A DNA stretch of 63,630 nucleotides from an uncultured Clostridia bacterium (GTDB lineage: Bacteria; Bacillota; Clostridia; TANB77; CAG-508): assembly GCA_947632475.1 (NCBI GenBank), contig CANRPI010000003.1:1-63630 (forward strand), written 5' to 3'. The notes below the pieces were generated by a model. That model searched no databases, had not been told where the DNA came from, and saw nothing but the letters and a program-made list of their open reading frames with translations. Made by a program: the position numbers and the translations under genes. Of this stretch, positions 50,521-62,187 are shown one piece after another (the stretch's first letter is position 1; every line of letters starts with the position of its first letter).

Positions 50521-53500
50521 TTAAGCCTCTTCCTCAATTGTCCCCTCTGTTTGAACTTGTTCTTCAAGTTCTTTTTCTGTACTTATATGAATGTCTTGAT
50601 ATTTTTTCATTCCAGTTCCTGCTGGAATTAGTTTACCTATTATAACATTTTCTTTTAATCCTACTAAGTCGTCTGTTTTTCCTTTTATTGCCGCTTCTGT
50701 TAGTACTCTTGTTGTTTCTTGGAATGATGCAGCTGATAAGAAGCTGTCTGTTGCAAGTGATGCTTTTGTTATTCCAAGTAATACTCGTTTTCCAGTTGCT
50801 GGGCGTTTTCCTGCGTCTATTGCTTCTTGGTTCTTGTCTTCAAATTCATACATATCTATTAATGAACCTGGGAACATGTCTGTGTCTGCATTGTCTTCAA
50901 CTCTGACTTTTTTAAGCATTTGTCTTCCTATAACTTCGATGTGTTTGTCATTTATATCAACACCTTGGTTTCTATAAACTTTTTGTACTTCTGAAATTAG
51001 GTATTCATATACTCCTTCTGGTCCTTTTATTGCTAAGATGTCTGCAGGATTTTTTGAACCTTCTATTAAAGCATCTCCTGCTTCTATTATGTCTCCATCT
51101 TTTACTCTCATTTTTGAACCAAATGGTATTGTATATGTTTTTGCCTCATCTTTTCCTGTTACTATTACTTCTTTCTTTTTCTTTGTTTCTTTTATTTTTA
51201 CTTTTCCATCTATTTCTGTAATTATTGCTAGTCCTTTTGGTTTTCTTGCTTCAAATAATTCCTCAACTCTTGGAAGACCTTGTGTTATATCTGCTACACC
51301 TGCTACACCTCCAGAGTGTATTGTTCTCATTGTTAACTGTGTTCCTGGCTCTCCTATTGATTGTGCTGCAATTATTCCAATTGCTTCTCCTATTGATACT
51401 AGGTCTCTTCTTGCAAGTCCCATACCATAACATTTTTGACATACTCCATGTTTTGAATGACATCCTAAAACTGAACGTACTTCTAGTCTTTCTATTCCTG
51501 CATCTACTATTTCTTCTGCTAATTTTTCGTTTATCATTGTATTTGTGTCTACTATTAGCTCTTTTGTTTGTGGATTGTATACGTCTTTTAATGGATACCT
51601 TCCTATTAGTCTTTCTTGCATTTTTTCTATTACTTGGTTTCCATCTTTTATGTCATATATCATTATTCCTTCTTCTGTTCCACAGTCATGCTCTCTTACT
51701 ATTATGTCTTGTGATACGTCTACTAATCTTCTTGTTAAGTATCCAGAGTCTGCTGTTCTTAAGGCTGTGTCTGAAAGTCCTTTACGTGCACCATGTGCAG
51801 AAATAAAGTATTCTAGTGCATCTAGTCCTTCTGCAAATGATGATTTTATTGGTATTTCAACTGCTTTACCAGTTGTACTTGCCATAAGTCCACGTATACC
51901 AGCAATTTGTCTTAATTGGTTCATGTTACCACGGGCTCCTGATTTTACCATCATGTATATTGGGTTTAGTTCTTCAAAGTTTTCTTCCATTGCTGAACTT
52001 ACTTTTTTGGTTGTGTCTTCCCATACATTTATTACTGCATTGTATCTTTCTGAGTCTGTTATTAAACCTCTTGCATATTGTTTTCTTATTGTTTCTACTT
52101 TTTCATCTGCTTCTGCAAGTAAATTTTTCTTTGCTTCTGGTACTTTTACGTCATCCATTGAGAATGTTATTCCTGCTAATGTTGAGTATTTGAATCCTAA
52201 TGCTTTGATGTAATCTATTACTTCTGCTGATTCTGAAAGTCCATGTATTCTTATTACTTTTTCTATTATTTGCCCCATTGTCTTTTTCATTACTGGGAAG
52301 TTTATTTCATATTGGAATGGGTCTTCTTCTCTGTTTATAAATCCTAAGTCTTGTGGTATTCCTTGGTTGAATATTATTCTTCCTACACTTGTTTCTATTT
52401 TCTTTTGCTTCTTTTCTCCATCTATTTCTTTTGTTACTCTAACAAATATTTTTGCATGTATTCCTACTTCTTTGTTCTCAAATGCCATTATTGCTTCTTC
52501 TGGGTCTTTGAAGTATTTGCCTTCTCCTTTTTCTCCTTCTAGTACCATTGTTAGATAGTAGCTTCCAAGTATCATGTCAAGTCTTGGAGTTGCAACTGGT
52601 TTACCGTCTTGTGGTTTAAGTAAGTTGTTTGTTGCAAGCATTAGATATCTTGATTCAGCTTGAGCTTCTGGTGATAGTGGTAAGTGAACTGCCATTTGGT
52701 CTCCATCAAAGTCTGCATTAAATGCTTCACATACTAATGGGTGAAGTTTTATTGCTCTTCCTTCTACCAGTACTGGCTCAAAGCTTTGAATTCCAAGTCT
52801 GTGTAGTGTTGGAGCACGGTTTAACATTACTGGATGGTCTTTTATAACTTCTTCTAATATTCCCCATACTTCTGGTTTTAGTCTTTCTACCATTCTTTTT
52901 GCATTTTTGATGTTTTGGGCAATTCCTCTTCCTACTAGTTCTCTCATTACAAATGGTTTAAATAATTCTACTGCCATTTCTTTTGGTAGTCCACATTGAT
53001 ATATTTTTAGTTCTGGTCCTACTACTATAACTGAACGTCCTGAATAGTCAACACGTTTTCCTAGTAAGTTTTGACGGAATCTTCCTTGTTTTCCTTTTAA
53101 CATGTCTGATAATGATTTTAATGGTCTGTTTCCAGCTCCTGTTACTGGTCTTCCACGTCTTCCATTGTCTATTAGAGCATCTACTGATTCTTGTAACATT
53201 CTTTTTTCGTTTCTTACTATTATTTCTGGTGCTCCTAGTTCTAATAGTCTTTTTAATCTGTTATTTCTGTTTATTACACGTCTATATAAGTCGTTTAAGT
53301 CTGAGGTTGCAAATCTTCCACCATCTAATTGTACCATTGGTCTTAAGTCTGGTGGTATTACTGGTACTACTTGCATTATCATCCATTCTGGTCTGTTGCC
53401 AGAAAGTCTAAATGCTTCTATTGTGTCTAATCTTTTTACTAATTTTACTTTTTTCTGCTCACTTGCATTTTCTAATTCTTTTTTTATTTGTTCTGAAAGT

Positions 53501-54060
53501 TTGTCTAAGTCTATTTCTTCTAATAGTTCTTTTAGAGCTTCTGCTCCCATTTTTGCTTTAAATGATCCTTTTCCATATTGTTCTTCTGCTTCATGATATT
53601 CTTTTTCATTTAATACTTGACATTTTTCTAGTCCTGATGTTCCTTTGTCTACTACTACATATGATGCAAAATATATTATTCTTTCTAAGTTTCTTGGTGA
53701 AATGTCTAACATTAATGCTATTCTACTTGGTATTCCTTTGAAATACCAAATATGTGCTACTGGTGCTGCAAGTTCTATGTGTCCCATTCTTTCACGTCTT
53801 ACTTTTGATTTTGTTACTTCTACACCGCATCTGTCACATACTATTCCTTTGTATCTGACTCTTTTATATTTTCCACAGTGACATTCCCAGTCTTTTGTTG
53901 GTCCAAATATTCTTTCACAAAATAGACCATCTTTTTCTGGTTTTAATGTTCTGTAGTTTATGGTTTCTGGCTTTTTTACTTCTCCTTTTGACCATTCTCT
54001 TATTTTTTCATCTGATGCAACACCTATTTTTAGTTTGTTAAAAATATCTAATTCGTCCAC
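50521..54060 (-). CDS. rpoC: RNA polymerase beta' subunit
   Basis: [21 protein letters not shown]. Confidence 0.99.
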   Translation of the reverse strand: MDELDIFNKLKIGVASDEKIREWSKGEVKKPETINYRTLKPEKDGLFCERIFGPTKDWECHCGKYKRVRYKGIVCDRCGVEVTKSKVRRERMGHIELAAPVAHIWYFKGIPSRIALMLDISPRNLERIIYFASYVVVDKGTSGLEKCQVLNEKEYHEAEEQYGKGSFKAKMGAEALKELLEEIDLDKLSEQIKKELENASEQKKVKLVKRLDTIEAFRLSGNRPEWMIMQVVPVIPPDLRPMVQLDGGRFATSDLNDLYRRVINRNNRLKRLLELGAPEIIVRNEKRMLQESVDALIDNGRRGRPVTGAGNRPLKSLSDMLKGKQGRFRQNLLGKRVDYSGRSVIVVGPELKIYQCGLPKEMAVELFKPFVMRELVGRGIAQNIKNAKRMVERLKPEVWGILEEVIKDHPVMLNRAPTLHRLGIQSFEPVLVEGRAIKLHPLVCEAFNADFDGDQMAVHLPLSPEAQAESRYLMLATNNLLKPQDGKPVATPRLDMILGSYYLTMVLEGEKGEGKYFKDPEEAIMAFENKEVGIHAKIFVRVTKEIDGEKKQKKIETSVGRIIFNQGIPQDLGFINREEDPFQYEINFPVMKKTMGQIIEKVIRIHGLSESAEVIDYIKALGFKYSTLAGITFSMDDVKVPEAKKNLLAEADEKVETIRKQYARGLITDSERYNAVINVWEDTTKKVSSAMEENFEELNPIYMMVKSGARGNMNQLRQIAGIRGLMASTTGKAVEIPIKSSFAEGLDALEYFISAHGARKGLSDTALRTADSGYLTRRLVDVSQDIIVREHDCGTEEGIMIYDIKDGNQVIEKMQERLIGRYPLKDVYNPQTKELIVDTNTMINEKLAEEIVDAGIERLEVRSVLGCHSKHGVCQKCYGMGLARRDLVSIGEAIGIIAAQSIGEPGTQLTMRTIHSGGVAGVADITQGLPRVEELFEARKPKGLAIITEIDGKVKIKETKKKKEVIVTGKDEAKTYTIPFGSKMRVKDGDIIEAGDALIEGSKNPADILAIKGPEGVYEYLISEVQKVYRNQGVDINDKHIEVIGRQMLKKVRVEDNADTDMFPGSLIDMYEFEDKNQEAIDAGKRPATGKRVLLGITKASLATDSFLSAASFQETTRVLTEAAIKGKTDDLVGLKENVIIGKLIPAGTGMKKYQDIHISTEKELEEQVQTEGTIEEEA

Positions 54061-54186
54061 TATTTTTCCCCCTATATTTAATTTAAGGTTGTAATTTCAA
54101 AATAGACTTAGAGGTCTGTCCTTCGCTCTTGCAATATCTTAAGGTCGCCTCTTGTCTTTTTGAAATTTATTTAATTATTTTTTTAT

Positions 54187-57100
54187 TTATTCTATTATGT
54201 CATCATCATTGTCTAGGTTGTCGTTTGCTAAGTCGTTTCCAAATAGTTCTTCTTCTCCTTCATCATCTATGTCCCCAAATAATTCGTCATTTTCGTCATC
54301 AATTTCTTCATCTTCTTCGTCTAATATCATTTCGTCTTCGTCTGACTCTTCTCCATATCCATCTAAATCTTCATCTGATACTATTTCTTCTTCTGATAAG
54401 ATTTTTTTATCTTGATTTGGGTCATATTCTATTCCTTCTTCTATGTTTTCTTTTAATTCTAGTTCTTGGTTGTCTTCTGAATATAGACGTACATCTAGCC
54501 CTAGTGATTGTAATTCTTTTACTAATACTTTAAAGCTTTCTGGAACTCCTGGTTCTGGTATGTTTTCACCTTTTACTATTGCTTCATATGTTTTTACTCT
54601 TCCTACTACGTCATCTGATTTTACTGTTAACATTTCTTGTAGTGTGTATGCTGCTCCATATGCTTCTAATGCCCATACTTCCATTTCTCCAAAACGTTGT
54701 CCACCAAATTGTGCTTTTCCTCCAAGTGGTTGTTGTGTTACTAATGAGTATGGTCCAGTTGAACGTGCATGTATTTTGTCGTCTACTAAGTGGTGTAGTT
54801 TTAACATATACATTACTCCTACTGTTATTGGTTTGTCAAATGGATCTCCTGTTCTTCCATCATATAGTATTGTTTTTCCATCTTCACTCATTCCTGCTTG
54901 TTTTAATAGTTCTTTTACGTCTTCTTCATTTGCTCCATCAAATACTGGTGTTGATATGTGCCATCCTAATGCTTTTGCTGCTCCTCCTAAGTGTACTTCT
55001 AGAACTTGACCTAAGTTCATACGTGAAGGAACTCCTAGTGGGTTTAATAAGATGTCTATTGGTGTTCCATCTGGCATAAATGGCATGTCTTCTTCTGGTA
55101 ATACTCTTGAAATTACACCTTTGTTTCCATGTCTTCCTGCCATTTTGTCTCCAACTGATATTTTTCTTTTTGTTGCTATGTAACATCTAATTATTTGGTT
55201 TACTCCTGGTCCTAATTCATCTGAATTGTCTCTTGTGAAGATTTTTACATCTACTATTGTTCCTGCTTCTCCATGTGGTACTCTTAAAGATGTGTCTCTT
55301 ACTTCTCTTGCTTTTTCACCAAATATTGCTCTAAGTAGCCTTTCTTCTGCTGTTAGTTCTGTTTCTCCTTTTGGTGTTACTTTTCCAACTAATATGTCTC
55401 CAGGTCTTACTTCTGCTCCTATTCTTATTATTCCATTTTCGTCTAGGTCTTTTAATTGGTCGTCTCCGACATTTGGTATGTCTCTAGTTATTTCTTCTGC
55501 TCCTAGTTTTGTGTCTCTACATTCACAGTCATATTCTTCTATATGTATTGATGTGAATACATCTTCTTTTACTAGTCTTTCATTTAATAGTATAGCGTCT
55601 TCGTAATTGTAACCTTCCCATGTTGAGAATGCTACTAATACATTTTTTCCAAGTGCCATTTCTCCATTTTTTGTTGATGGTCCATCTGCTATTGCATCAC
55701 CTTTTTTTACTTTTTCTCCTTTTTTTACGATTGGATGTTGATTTATACATGTTCCACCATTTGTTCTCTTGAATTTGCGTAGTTTGTGTACTACTGTTTT
55801 TCCATTTTTGTATTTTACTGTTATGGCATCTCCTGCTACTTTTTCTATTACTCCATCATCTTCTGCAAGTATTAGTATTCCTGAATCTTTTGCAGCTCTA
55901 TATTCTATTCCTGTTCCTACTATTGGACTTTCTGTTATCATTAATGGTACTGCTTGACGTTGCATGTTTGCTCCCATTAATGCTCTTTTTGCATCATCAT
56001 GCTCTAAGAATGGTATCATTGCTGCTGCTACTGATACTAATTGTTTTGGTGATACGTCTACATATTGTACTTTTTCTCTGTCTACTTCTATTACTTCATT
56101 TTTGAATCTTACTCTTACTCTTTTATTTAATAGTTCTCCTTGCTCATTTACTGGCTCTGATGCTTGTGCTATTAGGTAATTGTCTTCTACATCTGCACTC
56201 ATGTATTCTACTATGTCTGTTAGTTTGTGTGTTTCTGGGTCTATTTTTCTGTATGGTGTTTCTATAAATCCATATTCGTTTATGTTTGCAAATGATGATA
56301 GTGCTGATATTAACCCTATGTTTGGTCCTTCTGGTGATTCTATTGGACATAGTCTTCCATAGTGTGTATAGTGTACGTCACGTACTTCAAAACCTGCTCT
56401 TTCTCTTGTTAATCCTCCTGGTCCTAATGCTGATATTCTTCTTTTATGTGTTAATTCTGATAATGGGTTTGTTTGATCCATGAATTGTGATAGTTGTGAA
56501 CTTCCAAAGAATTCTCTTATTGATGATGTTATTGGTTTTGTGTTTATTAGTGTTTGTGGTGTTACTACGTCTAAGTCTTGTATTGTCATTCTTTCACGTA
56601 CTACTCTTTCTAATCTTGTTAGTCCTATTCTGAATTGGTTTTGTAATAATTCTCCTACACATCTTATTCTACGGTTTGATAAGTGGTCTATGTCGTCTGG
56701 TTTTCCTAACCCATGTGATAGGTTTAATAGATAGTTTATTGATGCTATCATGTCTTCTGTTGTTATGTGTTTTGGTACTAATTCATCATATCTTTCTTTT
56801 AATGCCTTTACTAATGTTTTTTCGTCTGTGTTGTCTATTATATTTTTTAGAACACTGTATGTAACTAATTCTTTAAAATGTAATTTGCTTAAATCTACAT
56901 TTGGTAATACTTTGTGTATGTTTACTGTGCCATTTCCTATTATTCTTATTGTTTTTTCTCCTAGTTTGATGTCTACTATGTTTATTCCTGAGTTTTGTAT
57001 GTTTTCTGCTACTTCTTCTGAAATTATTTCACCAGCTTGCACAAATACTTCGCCTGTTTCACTGTCTACTATGTCGTTTGCTGCTATTTTGTCTTTTATT

Positions 57101-57963
57101 CTTTCTGCTAGTGATAATTTTTGATTGAATTTGTATCTTCCTACTTTTGCTAAGTCATATCTTCTATTGTCATAGAATAAACCATTAAATAAACTTCTTG
57201 CTGCTTCTGCTGTTGGAAGTTCTCCTGGTCTTAGTTTTTTGTATATTTCTATTAGTGCTTCATCTTGGTCTTTTATGGTGTCTTTTGATATTGTTGTTTT
57301 TAACATTTCTTCGTCACCAAATAGGTCTAGTATTTGACTGTCTGTTATTACCCCTATTGCTCTAAGTAGTGTTGTTACTGGTACTTTTCTTGTTCTGTCT
57401 ACACGTACCCAGAATATTCCGTTTCCATCTGTTTCGTATTCTAGCCATGCTCCTCTAAGTGGCATTACTGTTGATGTGTATGTTTTGCTTCCTGTTTTTG
57501 TGTCAAATTCTTCTGCATAGTAGCACCCTGGTGAACGTACTAATTGACTTACTACTACTCTTTCTGCTCCATTTATTACAAATGTTCCACTGTCTGTCAT
57601 TAATGGGAAATCTCCTAAGTAGATTTCTTGTTCTTTTATTTCCCCTGTTTCACGGTTTATTAGTCTTACTTTTACGTGTAGTCTGCTTGAGTATGTTGCA
57701 TCTCTTTCTTTTGCTTCTTCTACTGTGTATTTTGTTTTTTCTTCCATGTAGTAGTCAAAGAATTCTAGTACTAAATTCCCTGAGTAGTCTTCAATTGGTG
57801 ATATGTCTCTTAATACTTCTCCTAGCCCTTCTTCAATGAACCATTGGTATGAGTCTTTTTGTACTTTGATTAGGTTTGGTATTTCGATGTAGTCACCAAC
57901 TTTTGCGAAATCTTTACGAGAAGATTTCTCGTGCTTAATTTCTCTTAGTTTCAAAAAAATCAC
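54187..57963 (-). CDS. rpoB: RNA polymerase beta subunit with acidic C-terminal tail (start probably TTG 57954)
   Basis: [30 protein letters not shown]. Confidence 0.99.
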   Translation of the reverse strand: MIFLKLREIKHEKSSRKDFAKVGDYIEIPNLIKVQKDSYQWFIEEGLGEVLRDISPIEDYSGNLVLEFFDYYMEEKTKYTVEEAKERDATYSSRLHVKVRLINRETGEIKEQEIYLGDFPLMTDSGTFVINGAERVVVSQLVRSPGCYYAEEFDTKTGSKTYTSTVMPLRGAWLEYETDGNGIFWVRVDRTRKVPVTTLLRAIGVITDSQILDLFGDEEMLKTTISKDTIKDQDEALIEIYKKLRPGELPTAEAARSLFNGLFYDNRRYDLAKVGRYKFNQKLSLAERIKDKIAANDIVDSETGEVFVQAGEIISEEVAENIQNSGINIVDIKLGEKTIRIIGNGTVNIHKVLPNVDLSKLHFKELVTYSVLKNIIDNTDEKTLVKALKERYDELVPKHITTEDMIASINYLLNLSHGLGKPDDIDHLSNRRIRCVGELLQNQFRIGLTRLERVVRERMTIQDLDVVTPQTLINTKPITSSIREFFGSSQLSQFMDQTNPLSELTHKRRISALGPGGLTRERAGFEVRDVHYTHYGRLCPIESPEGPNIGLISALSSFANINEYGFIETPYRKIDPETHKLTDIVEYMSADVEDNYLIAQASEPVNEQGELLNKRVRVRFKNEVIEVDREKVQYVDVSPKQLVSVAAAMIPFLEHDDAKRALMGANMQRQAVPLMITESPIVGTGIEYRAAKDSGILILAEDDGVIEKVAGDAITVKYKNGKTVVHKLRKFKRTNGGTCINQHPIVKKGEKVKKGDAIADGPSTKNGEMALGKNVLVAFSTWEGYNYEDAILLNERLVKEDVFTSIHIEEYDCECRDTKLGAEEITRDIPNVGDDQLKDLDENGIIRIGAEVRPGDILVGKVTPKGETELTAEERLLRAIFGEKAREVRDTSLRVPHGEAGTIVDVKIFTRDNSDELGPGVNQIIRCYIATKRKISVGDKMAGRHGNKGVISRVLPEEDMPFMPDGTPIDILLNPLGVPSRMNLGQVLEVHLGGAAKALGWHISTPVFDGANEEDVKELLKQAGMSEDGKTILYDGRTGDPFDKPITVGVMYMLKLHHLVDDKIHARSTGPYSLVTQQPLGGKAQFGGQRFGEMEVWALEAYGAAYTLQEMLTVKSDDVVGRVKTYEAIVKGENIPEPGVPESFKVLVKELQSLGLDVRLYSEDNQELELKENIEEGIEYDPNQDKKILSEEEIVSDEDLDGYGEESDEDEMILDEEDEEIDDENDELFGDIDDEGEEELFGNDLANDNLDNDDDIIE

Positions 57964-58232
57964 CTCATATAAATTTTGATTTAAGCAGAATTAAATTCCT
58001 ATAATTTTTGAGTTTATAGGCTATAAAATATTAAAAAAAGTCCTTCTTATTTTTAAGTCCGCTATTTTAAGCTTTTAATGTGTCTGCTTTCACACATTTA
58101 TTTCTTAATGCTTTCTTAAAAATAATTCCTCTTTTCTTAATTTGTAAACTTTGGATTTTAATTTCTTTTGATTTTTATCTTTTTAGAATTTTAATTTTTT
58201 TGATTGTATTTTTGGCTTTTGAATATTAATGT

Positions 58233-58263
58233 AAAAAGTACATAAATTGTTTTATGTACTTTT
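58233..58263 (-). terminator. terminator-like hairpin between topA and rpoB
   Basis: AAAAAGTACATAAA...TTTATGTACTTTTT. Confidence 0.55.
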
Positions 58264-58370
58264 TATTATAGCTTATTTATTTTATCATATTTTGCTTATA
58301 TATGTCAAGCTTTTTTTGAGATATTTTTATTTACGATCCACACTTTTTTTGATGTTTTTGCGTCTTTTAT

Positions 58371-60353
58371 CTATTTTTTCTCTAATTTTGGTTTATTCCA
58401 AGAAATGTAGTCACATGATGCTGGATTATTTTCACATATATAATAATTTCTTCTCCTTTTTGTTTTTCTAACTTGAACTTTAGCTCCACATTTTGGACAA
58501 GGCACATCTATTGTTTCTACTATTGGTTTTGTGTTTTTACACTCAGGGTATCCTGGACATGCTAAGAATTTGCCAAATTTTCCATATTTATAAACCATCA
58601 TTCTTCCACATTTTTCACATTTTACATCAGATACTTCTTCAACCAATTCTACATGTTCTAATTCTTTTTCTACTTTTTCTATTTCTTTTTCAAATGGGCC
58701 ATAAAATGTTCTTATCATTTTTTTCCATGGCTCATTTCCTTCTGCAATCTCATCAAATTCATTTTCAATTTTAGCTGTAAACTCTACATTTATTACATCT
58801 GAAAAGTTTTCTATTAATAATTTATTTACAACTTTTCCTAATTCTGTAGGAATTAATTGTTTCTTTTCTTTTTCTATATATCTTCTTTCTAGTATGGTTG
58901 TGATAGTTGGAGAGTATGTACTTGGCCTTCCTATTCCTTTTTCTTCTAAAGCTTTTACTAGACTTGCTTCAGTATATCTAGGTGGTGGCTCTGTAAAGCT
59001 TTGCTTTGGATTTAGTTTATTTAGTTTTAGTTCTTGTTTTTCTTTTAATTCGGGAATCATGCCTTCTTCTTCTTTTTCCTCTATGTCTGTTCCTTCTACA
59101 TATAATGTCATAAATCCTTTAAATTTTAGTAATTGACCATTTGCTTTAAATGTGTATTCTCCACTATTTATTGTTACAGCCATTGTGTCATATACCGCTT
59201 CTGCCATTTGACTTGCCATAAATCGGTTGTATACTAATTTATATAATTTGTATTGGTCAGAAGTTAAAGAATCTTTTATACTGTCTGGTTGTAATTCTAT
59301 ATATGTTGGTCTTATTGCCTCATGCGCATCTTGTGAATCTTTACTAGTCTTATAATATCTATTCTTATAATATTTTTCTCCATAGTTTGCAACTATTTGT
59401 TGCTGTGCAACTTTTCTTGCTTCTTCAGATATTCTAGTTGAATCTGTTCTCATGTATGTAATTAAACCAACTGTTCCTCTTTCTGGAACCTTAACACCTT
59501 CATATAAACTTTGTGCTACTGACATTGTCCTTTTTAAAGTAAATCCCAATTTTCTTGACGCTTCTTGTTGCATAGTACTTGTTGTAAATGGTGGTGCTGG
59601 TGCTCTTTTCTTTTCACCTTTTTTTATTTCATCTACAATATATTTCTCTTTCTTTATTGCTTCTAATATTTTATCGACTTCTTCTTTAGAATGAAGTTCT
59701 TGTTTTTTTCCTTGTTTTCCATAAAATTTTGCTTCAAACCTCTTTTTAGTTTCTTTATCTTCTAGAATTGCATATATATTCCAGTATTCTTCTGGTTTAA
59801 ATTTTTCTATTTCCTCTTCCCTATCTACTATTAACTTTACAGCTACTGATTGAACACGTCCTGCAGATAAACCTCTTCTTACTTTTTTCCATAAAACAGG
59901 ACTCATTTTATATCCTACAATTCTGTCTATAACACGTCTTGCTTGTTGTGCATCTACTAAATTTATATCTATATCTCTTGGTTGCTTTATTGCCTTTTGT
60001 ACTGCACCTTTAGTTATCTCATTAAAAGTTACTCTTGTAATCTTTTCTTTTTCTTCATTTAAAATATTTGCCAAATGCCATGCAATTGCTTCGCCTTCAC
60101 GGTCAGGGTCAGTTGCAAGATATACCTTTTTTGCATTTTTTGCATCTTTTTTAAGTGATTTTATTAAATCACCTTTCCCTCTAATATTTATATATTCTGG
60201 TTCAAAATCATGTTCTATATCTATGCCAAGTTTTGACTTTGGTAAATCTCTAATATGCCCCATTGATGCAACTACCTTCGTGCTTCCACCTAAAAACTTT
60301 TTTATTGTATTAGCTTTTGCTGGTGATTCTACTATTACTAATTTATCAGCCAT
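58371..60353 (-). CDS. topA: DNA topoisomerase I
   Basis: LVIVESPAKA, ATDPDREGEAIAWH, LITYMRTDS, zinc ribbons. Confidence 0.97.
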   Translation of the reverse strand: MADKLVIVESPAKANTIKKFLGGSTKVVASMGHIRDLPKSKLGIDIEHDFEPEYINIRGKGDLIKSLKKDAKNAKKVYLATDPDREGEAIAWHLANILNEEKEKITRVTFNEITKGAVQKAIKQPRDIDINLVDAQQARRVIDRIVGYKMSPVLWKKVRRGLSAGRVQSVAVKLIVDREEEIEKFKPEEYWNIYAILEDKETKKRFEAKFYGKQGKKQELHSKEEVDKILEAIKKEKYIVDEIKKGEKKRAPAPPFTTSTMQQEASRKLGFTLKRTMSVAQSLYEGVKVPERGTVGLITYMRTDSTRISEEARKVAQQQIVANYGEKYYKNRYYKTSKDSQDAHEAIRPTYIELQPDSIKDSLTSDQYKLYKLVYNRFMASQMAEAVYDTMAVTINSGEYTFKANGQLLKFKGFMTLYVEGTDIEEKEEEGMIPELKEKQELKLNKLNPKQSFTEPPPRYTEASLVKALEEKGIGRPSTYSPTITTILERRYIEKEKKQLIPTELGKVVNKLLIENFSDVINVEFTAKIENEFDEIAEGNEPWKKMIRTFYGPFEKEIEKVEKELEHVELVEEVSDVKCEKCGRMMVYKYGKFGKFLACPGYPECKNTKPIVETIDVPCPKCGAKVQVRKTKRRRNYYICENNPASCDYISWNKPKLEKK

Positions 60354-60439
60354 TTATTCCTCCTAATAAAATTATTTGTCATTCATTATAGTATTTTAGC
60401 CTAAAAACACACATTTTGCAAGTATTTTTATATATTTTT

Positions 60440-60763
60440 TTATACAGTAATGATTTGCTTCGAATAATCACTTATAACATCTTGAACTGCTACTGGCGTT
60501 ACTTCATTTCTTTTTAACATCATTAAAACTTCATCTATTTTTCTTTCATCATTTGATAAATATTGTATTTTTTCTTCTTCTACTTTTATGTTGTTTTCTT
60601 TATATTCAGTTTTTATAACTTTTATTCCATATTTTGGTTTTTTATTATTAATTATTTGATCTTCGTTTAGCAATTTGTAGTATTCAATTTTTATAGGATA
60701 TTTTATTTTCGCATCTATCAATTTCTGCTTTTCTATAAATATGCTACCGAAAAATATCTTCAA
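60440..60763 (-). CDS. hypothetical protein (DUF6514-like)
   Basis: YGIKVIK...LKRNEVTPVAVQDVISD; AGGAG RBS. Confidence 0.6.
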   Translation of the reverse strand: MKIFFGSIFIEKQKLIDAKIKYPIKIEYYKLLNEDQIINNKKPKYGIKVIKTEYKENNIKVEEEKIQYLSNDERKIDEVLMMLKRNEVTPVAVQDVISDYSKQIITV

Positions 60764-61032
60764 TTTTTTCTCCTCCTTTTTTTATAGTGTCCTAACTATA
60801 ATACACCCAATTTTAAGGAGTTGCAAGGTTTTTTCATCGCAATATTTGCTATAATTTTTCATTTTTTTACATTATAAATACTATTTTTTCTTATTTCGAT
60901 TTTTTAGTTCAAAAAATTCTTCTAATACTATTTTTTCCATTTACACGTTTCGACTGACTTTTTGATAAAAAAATAATATAATTATGTTAATAAGAATATT
61001 CTTAATACATTTTTATTATTCTTTTCAAATTT

Positions 61033-61069
61033 AAATAGTAGCAACTTTAAATCTCTATTGCTACTATTT
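61033..61069. terminator. terminator-like hairpin
   Basis: AAATAGTAGCAA...TTGCTACTATTT. Confidence 0.55.
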
Positions 61070-61085
61070 TCTAATTTTAGGTAAC

Positions 61086-61171
61086 TTTGGTGATTTTGGG
61101 GACAGACTTAGATTGACCATTTCAATTTCGATGATTTTGGTGATTTTGGGGACAGGCTTAGATTGACCATT
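61086..61171. repeat. 36-bp direct repeat x2 (1 mismatch, 14-bp spacer), GGGGACAG family
   Basis: TTTGGTGATTTTGGGGACAG(A/G)CTTAGATTGACCATT at 61086 and 61136. Confidence 0.85.
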
Positions 61172-61174
61172 CTA

Positions 61175-61723
61175 TTAGCTATTTAGTTTTTTTCTGTATT
61201 CTTTATAATTTGGCATGTATTTTTCTACTATTTTCCAAAATTCTTTTGAATGATTCATATATTTTAAATGACTCATTTCATGTAATACAACGTATTCAAC
61301 TATTTTTTCTTCTTTTTTTGCAAGTTGCATGTTTATTGATATGTTTTGTTTGCTAGAGCAACTTCCCCATGCATATTTGATTTTTTTTATTGTTACTTTT
61401 TTAGGATTTATTCCTATTAATTGTGAATATTTTTGAATGTATTTTTCTACTATTTTTTGTAGCTTTTTTATTTCTTCTGGTTTTATTTCATTTTTATTTT
61501 CTATGTTTTCTTTCATTTGTTTTTCTGATTTTTTTAAATTTTCATATATCCATTTTGATTTTTTGTTTATGAATTGTTTTATATAGTTTTCTGGCATTTT
61601 TATTGGCGCTTTTACTATTACTTTTCCTTCTTTTATTTGTATGTATAGATTTTTTATTTTTGATTTTTTTATTTGATATTGTATTTTTTTTCCGTTATAT
61701 TCTATTTCATTCATTTTTTCCAT
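61175..61723 (-). CDS. YgjP/DUF45-family zinc metalloprotein
   Basis: WGSCS, YVVLHEMSHLKYMNHSKEFW. Confidence 0.85.
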   Translation of the reverse strand: MEKMNEIEYNGKKIQYQIKKSKIKNLYIQIKEGKVIVKAPIKMPENYIKQFINKKSKWIYENLKKSEKQMKENIENKNEIKPEEIKKLQKIVEKYIQKYSQLIGINPKKVTIKKIKYAWGSCSSKQNISINMQLAKKEEKIVEYVVLHEMSHLKYMNHSKEFWKIVEKYMPNYKEYRKKLNS

Positions 61724-61935
61724 TTCTTTTTATTTTTGACCTTTTATTCTCTTTTCTGTATATTTTGGCTTTATAAGTTTACCAATATTTATTATTTTAA
61801 GCTATATGATTTTTCTAAAGTTTTTATGATTAAATAATATCACAAGAAACTTGTTATTTCAACGTTTTGGTTGTATTTTTCTAATTTATATCTATGCCAA
61901 TTTTCTTTTTTCTTCTTCTGCTGCTTTTTATGTTT

Positions 61936-62049
61936 TTAATTTTTTCTTACTTCTTTTGCTTTTCTTTCATAACTATCTTTTGTATGTGGTGAGAATCCTC
62001 TCATTTCCATGTCTTCCTTCATCTTCTGTATTAGTTCTTGATTGTTCAT
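61936..62049 (-). pseudogene. truncated tyrosine recombinase (N-terminal SAM-like domain only, 37 aa)
   Basis: MNNQELIQKMKEDMEMRGFSPHTKDSYERKAKEVRKN*; AGGAG RBS; promoter TTGAAA-17 bp-TATAAT at 62129-62101. Confidence 0.6.
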
Positions 62050-62187
62050 ATTAAAAAAAACTCCTGTATAATATTTCTGTAATTTTTGATTACATGATCT
62101 ATTATACTAGAGGTTTTACTTATTTTCAATATATTGGTGGCTTTTTCAACATTCGTTCCATTGCGAGGTACGAGCATATTTAGTACA

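Noticed and set aside
61086-61171. CRISPR array
   Set aside because: Only two repeats with a 14-bp spacer, no cas genes, and related copies dispersed elsewhere.
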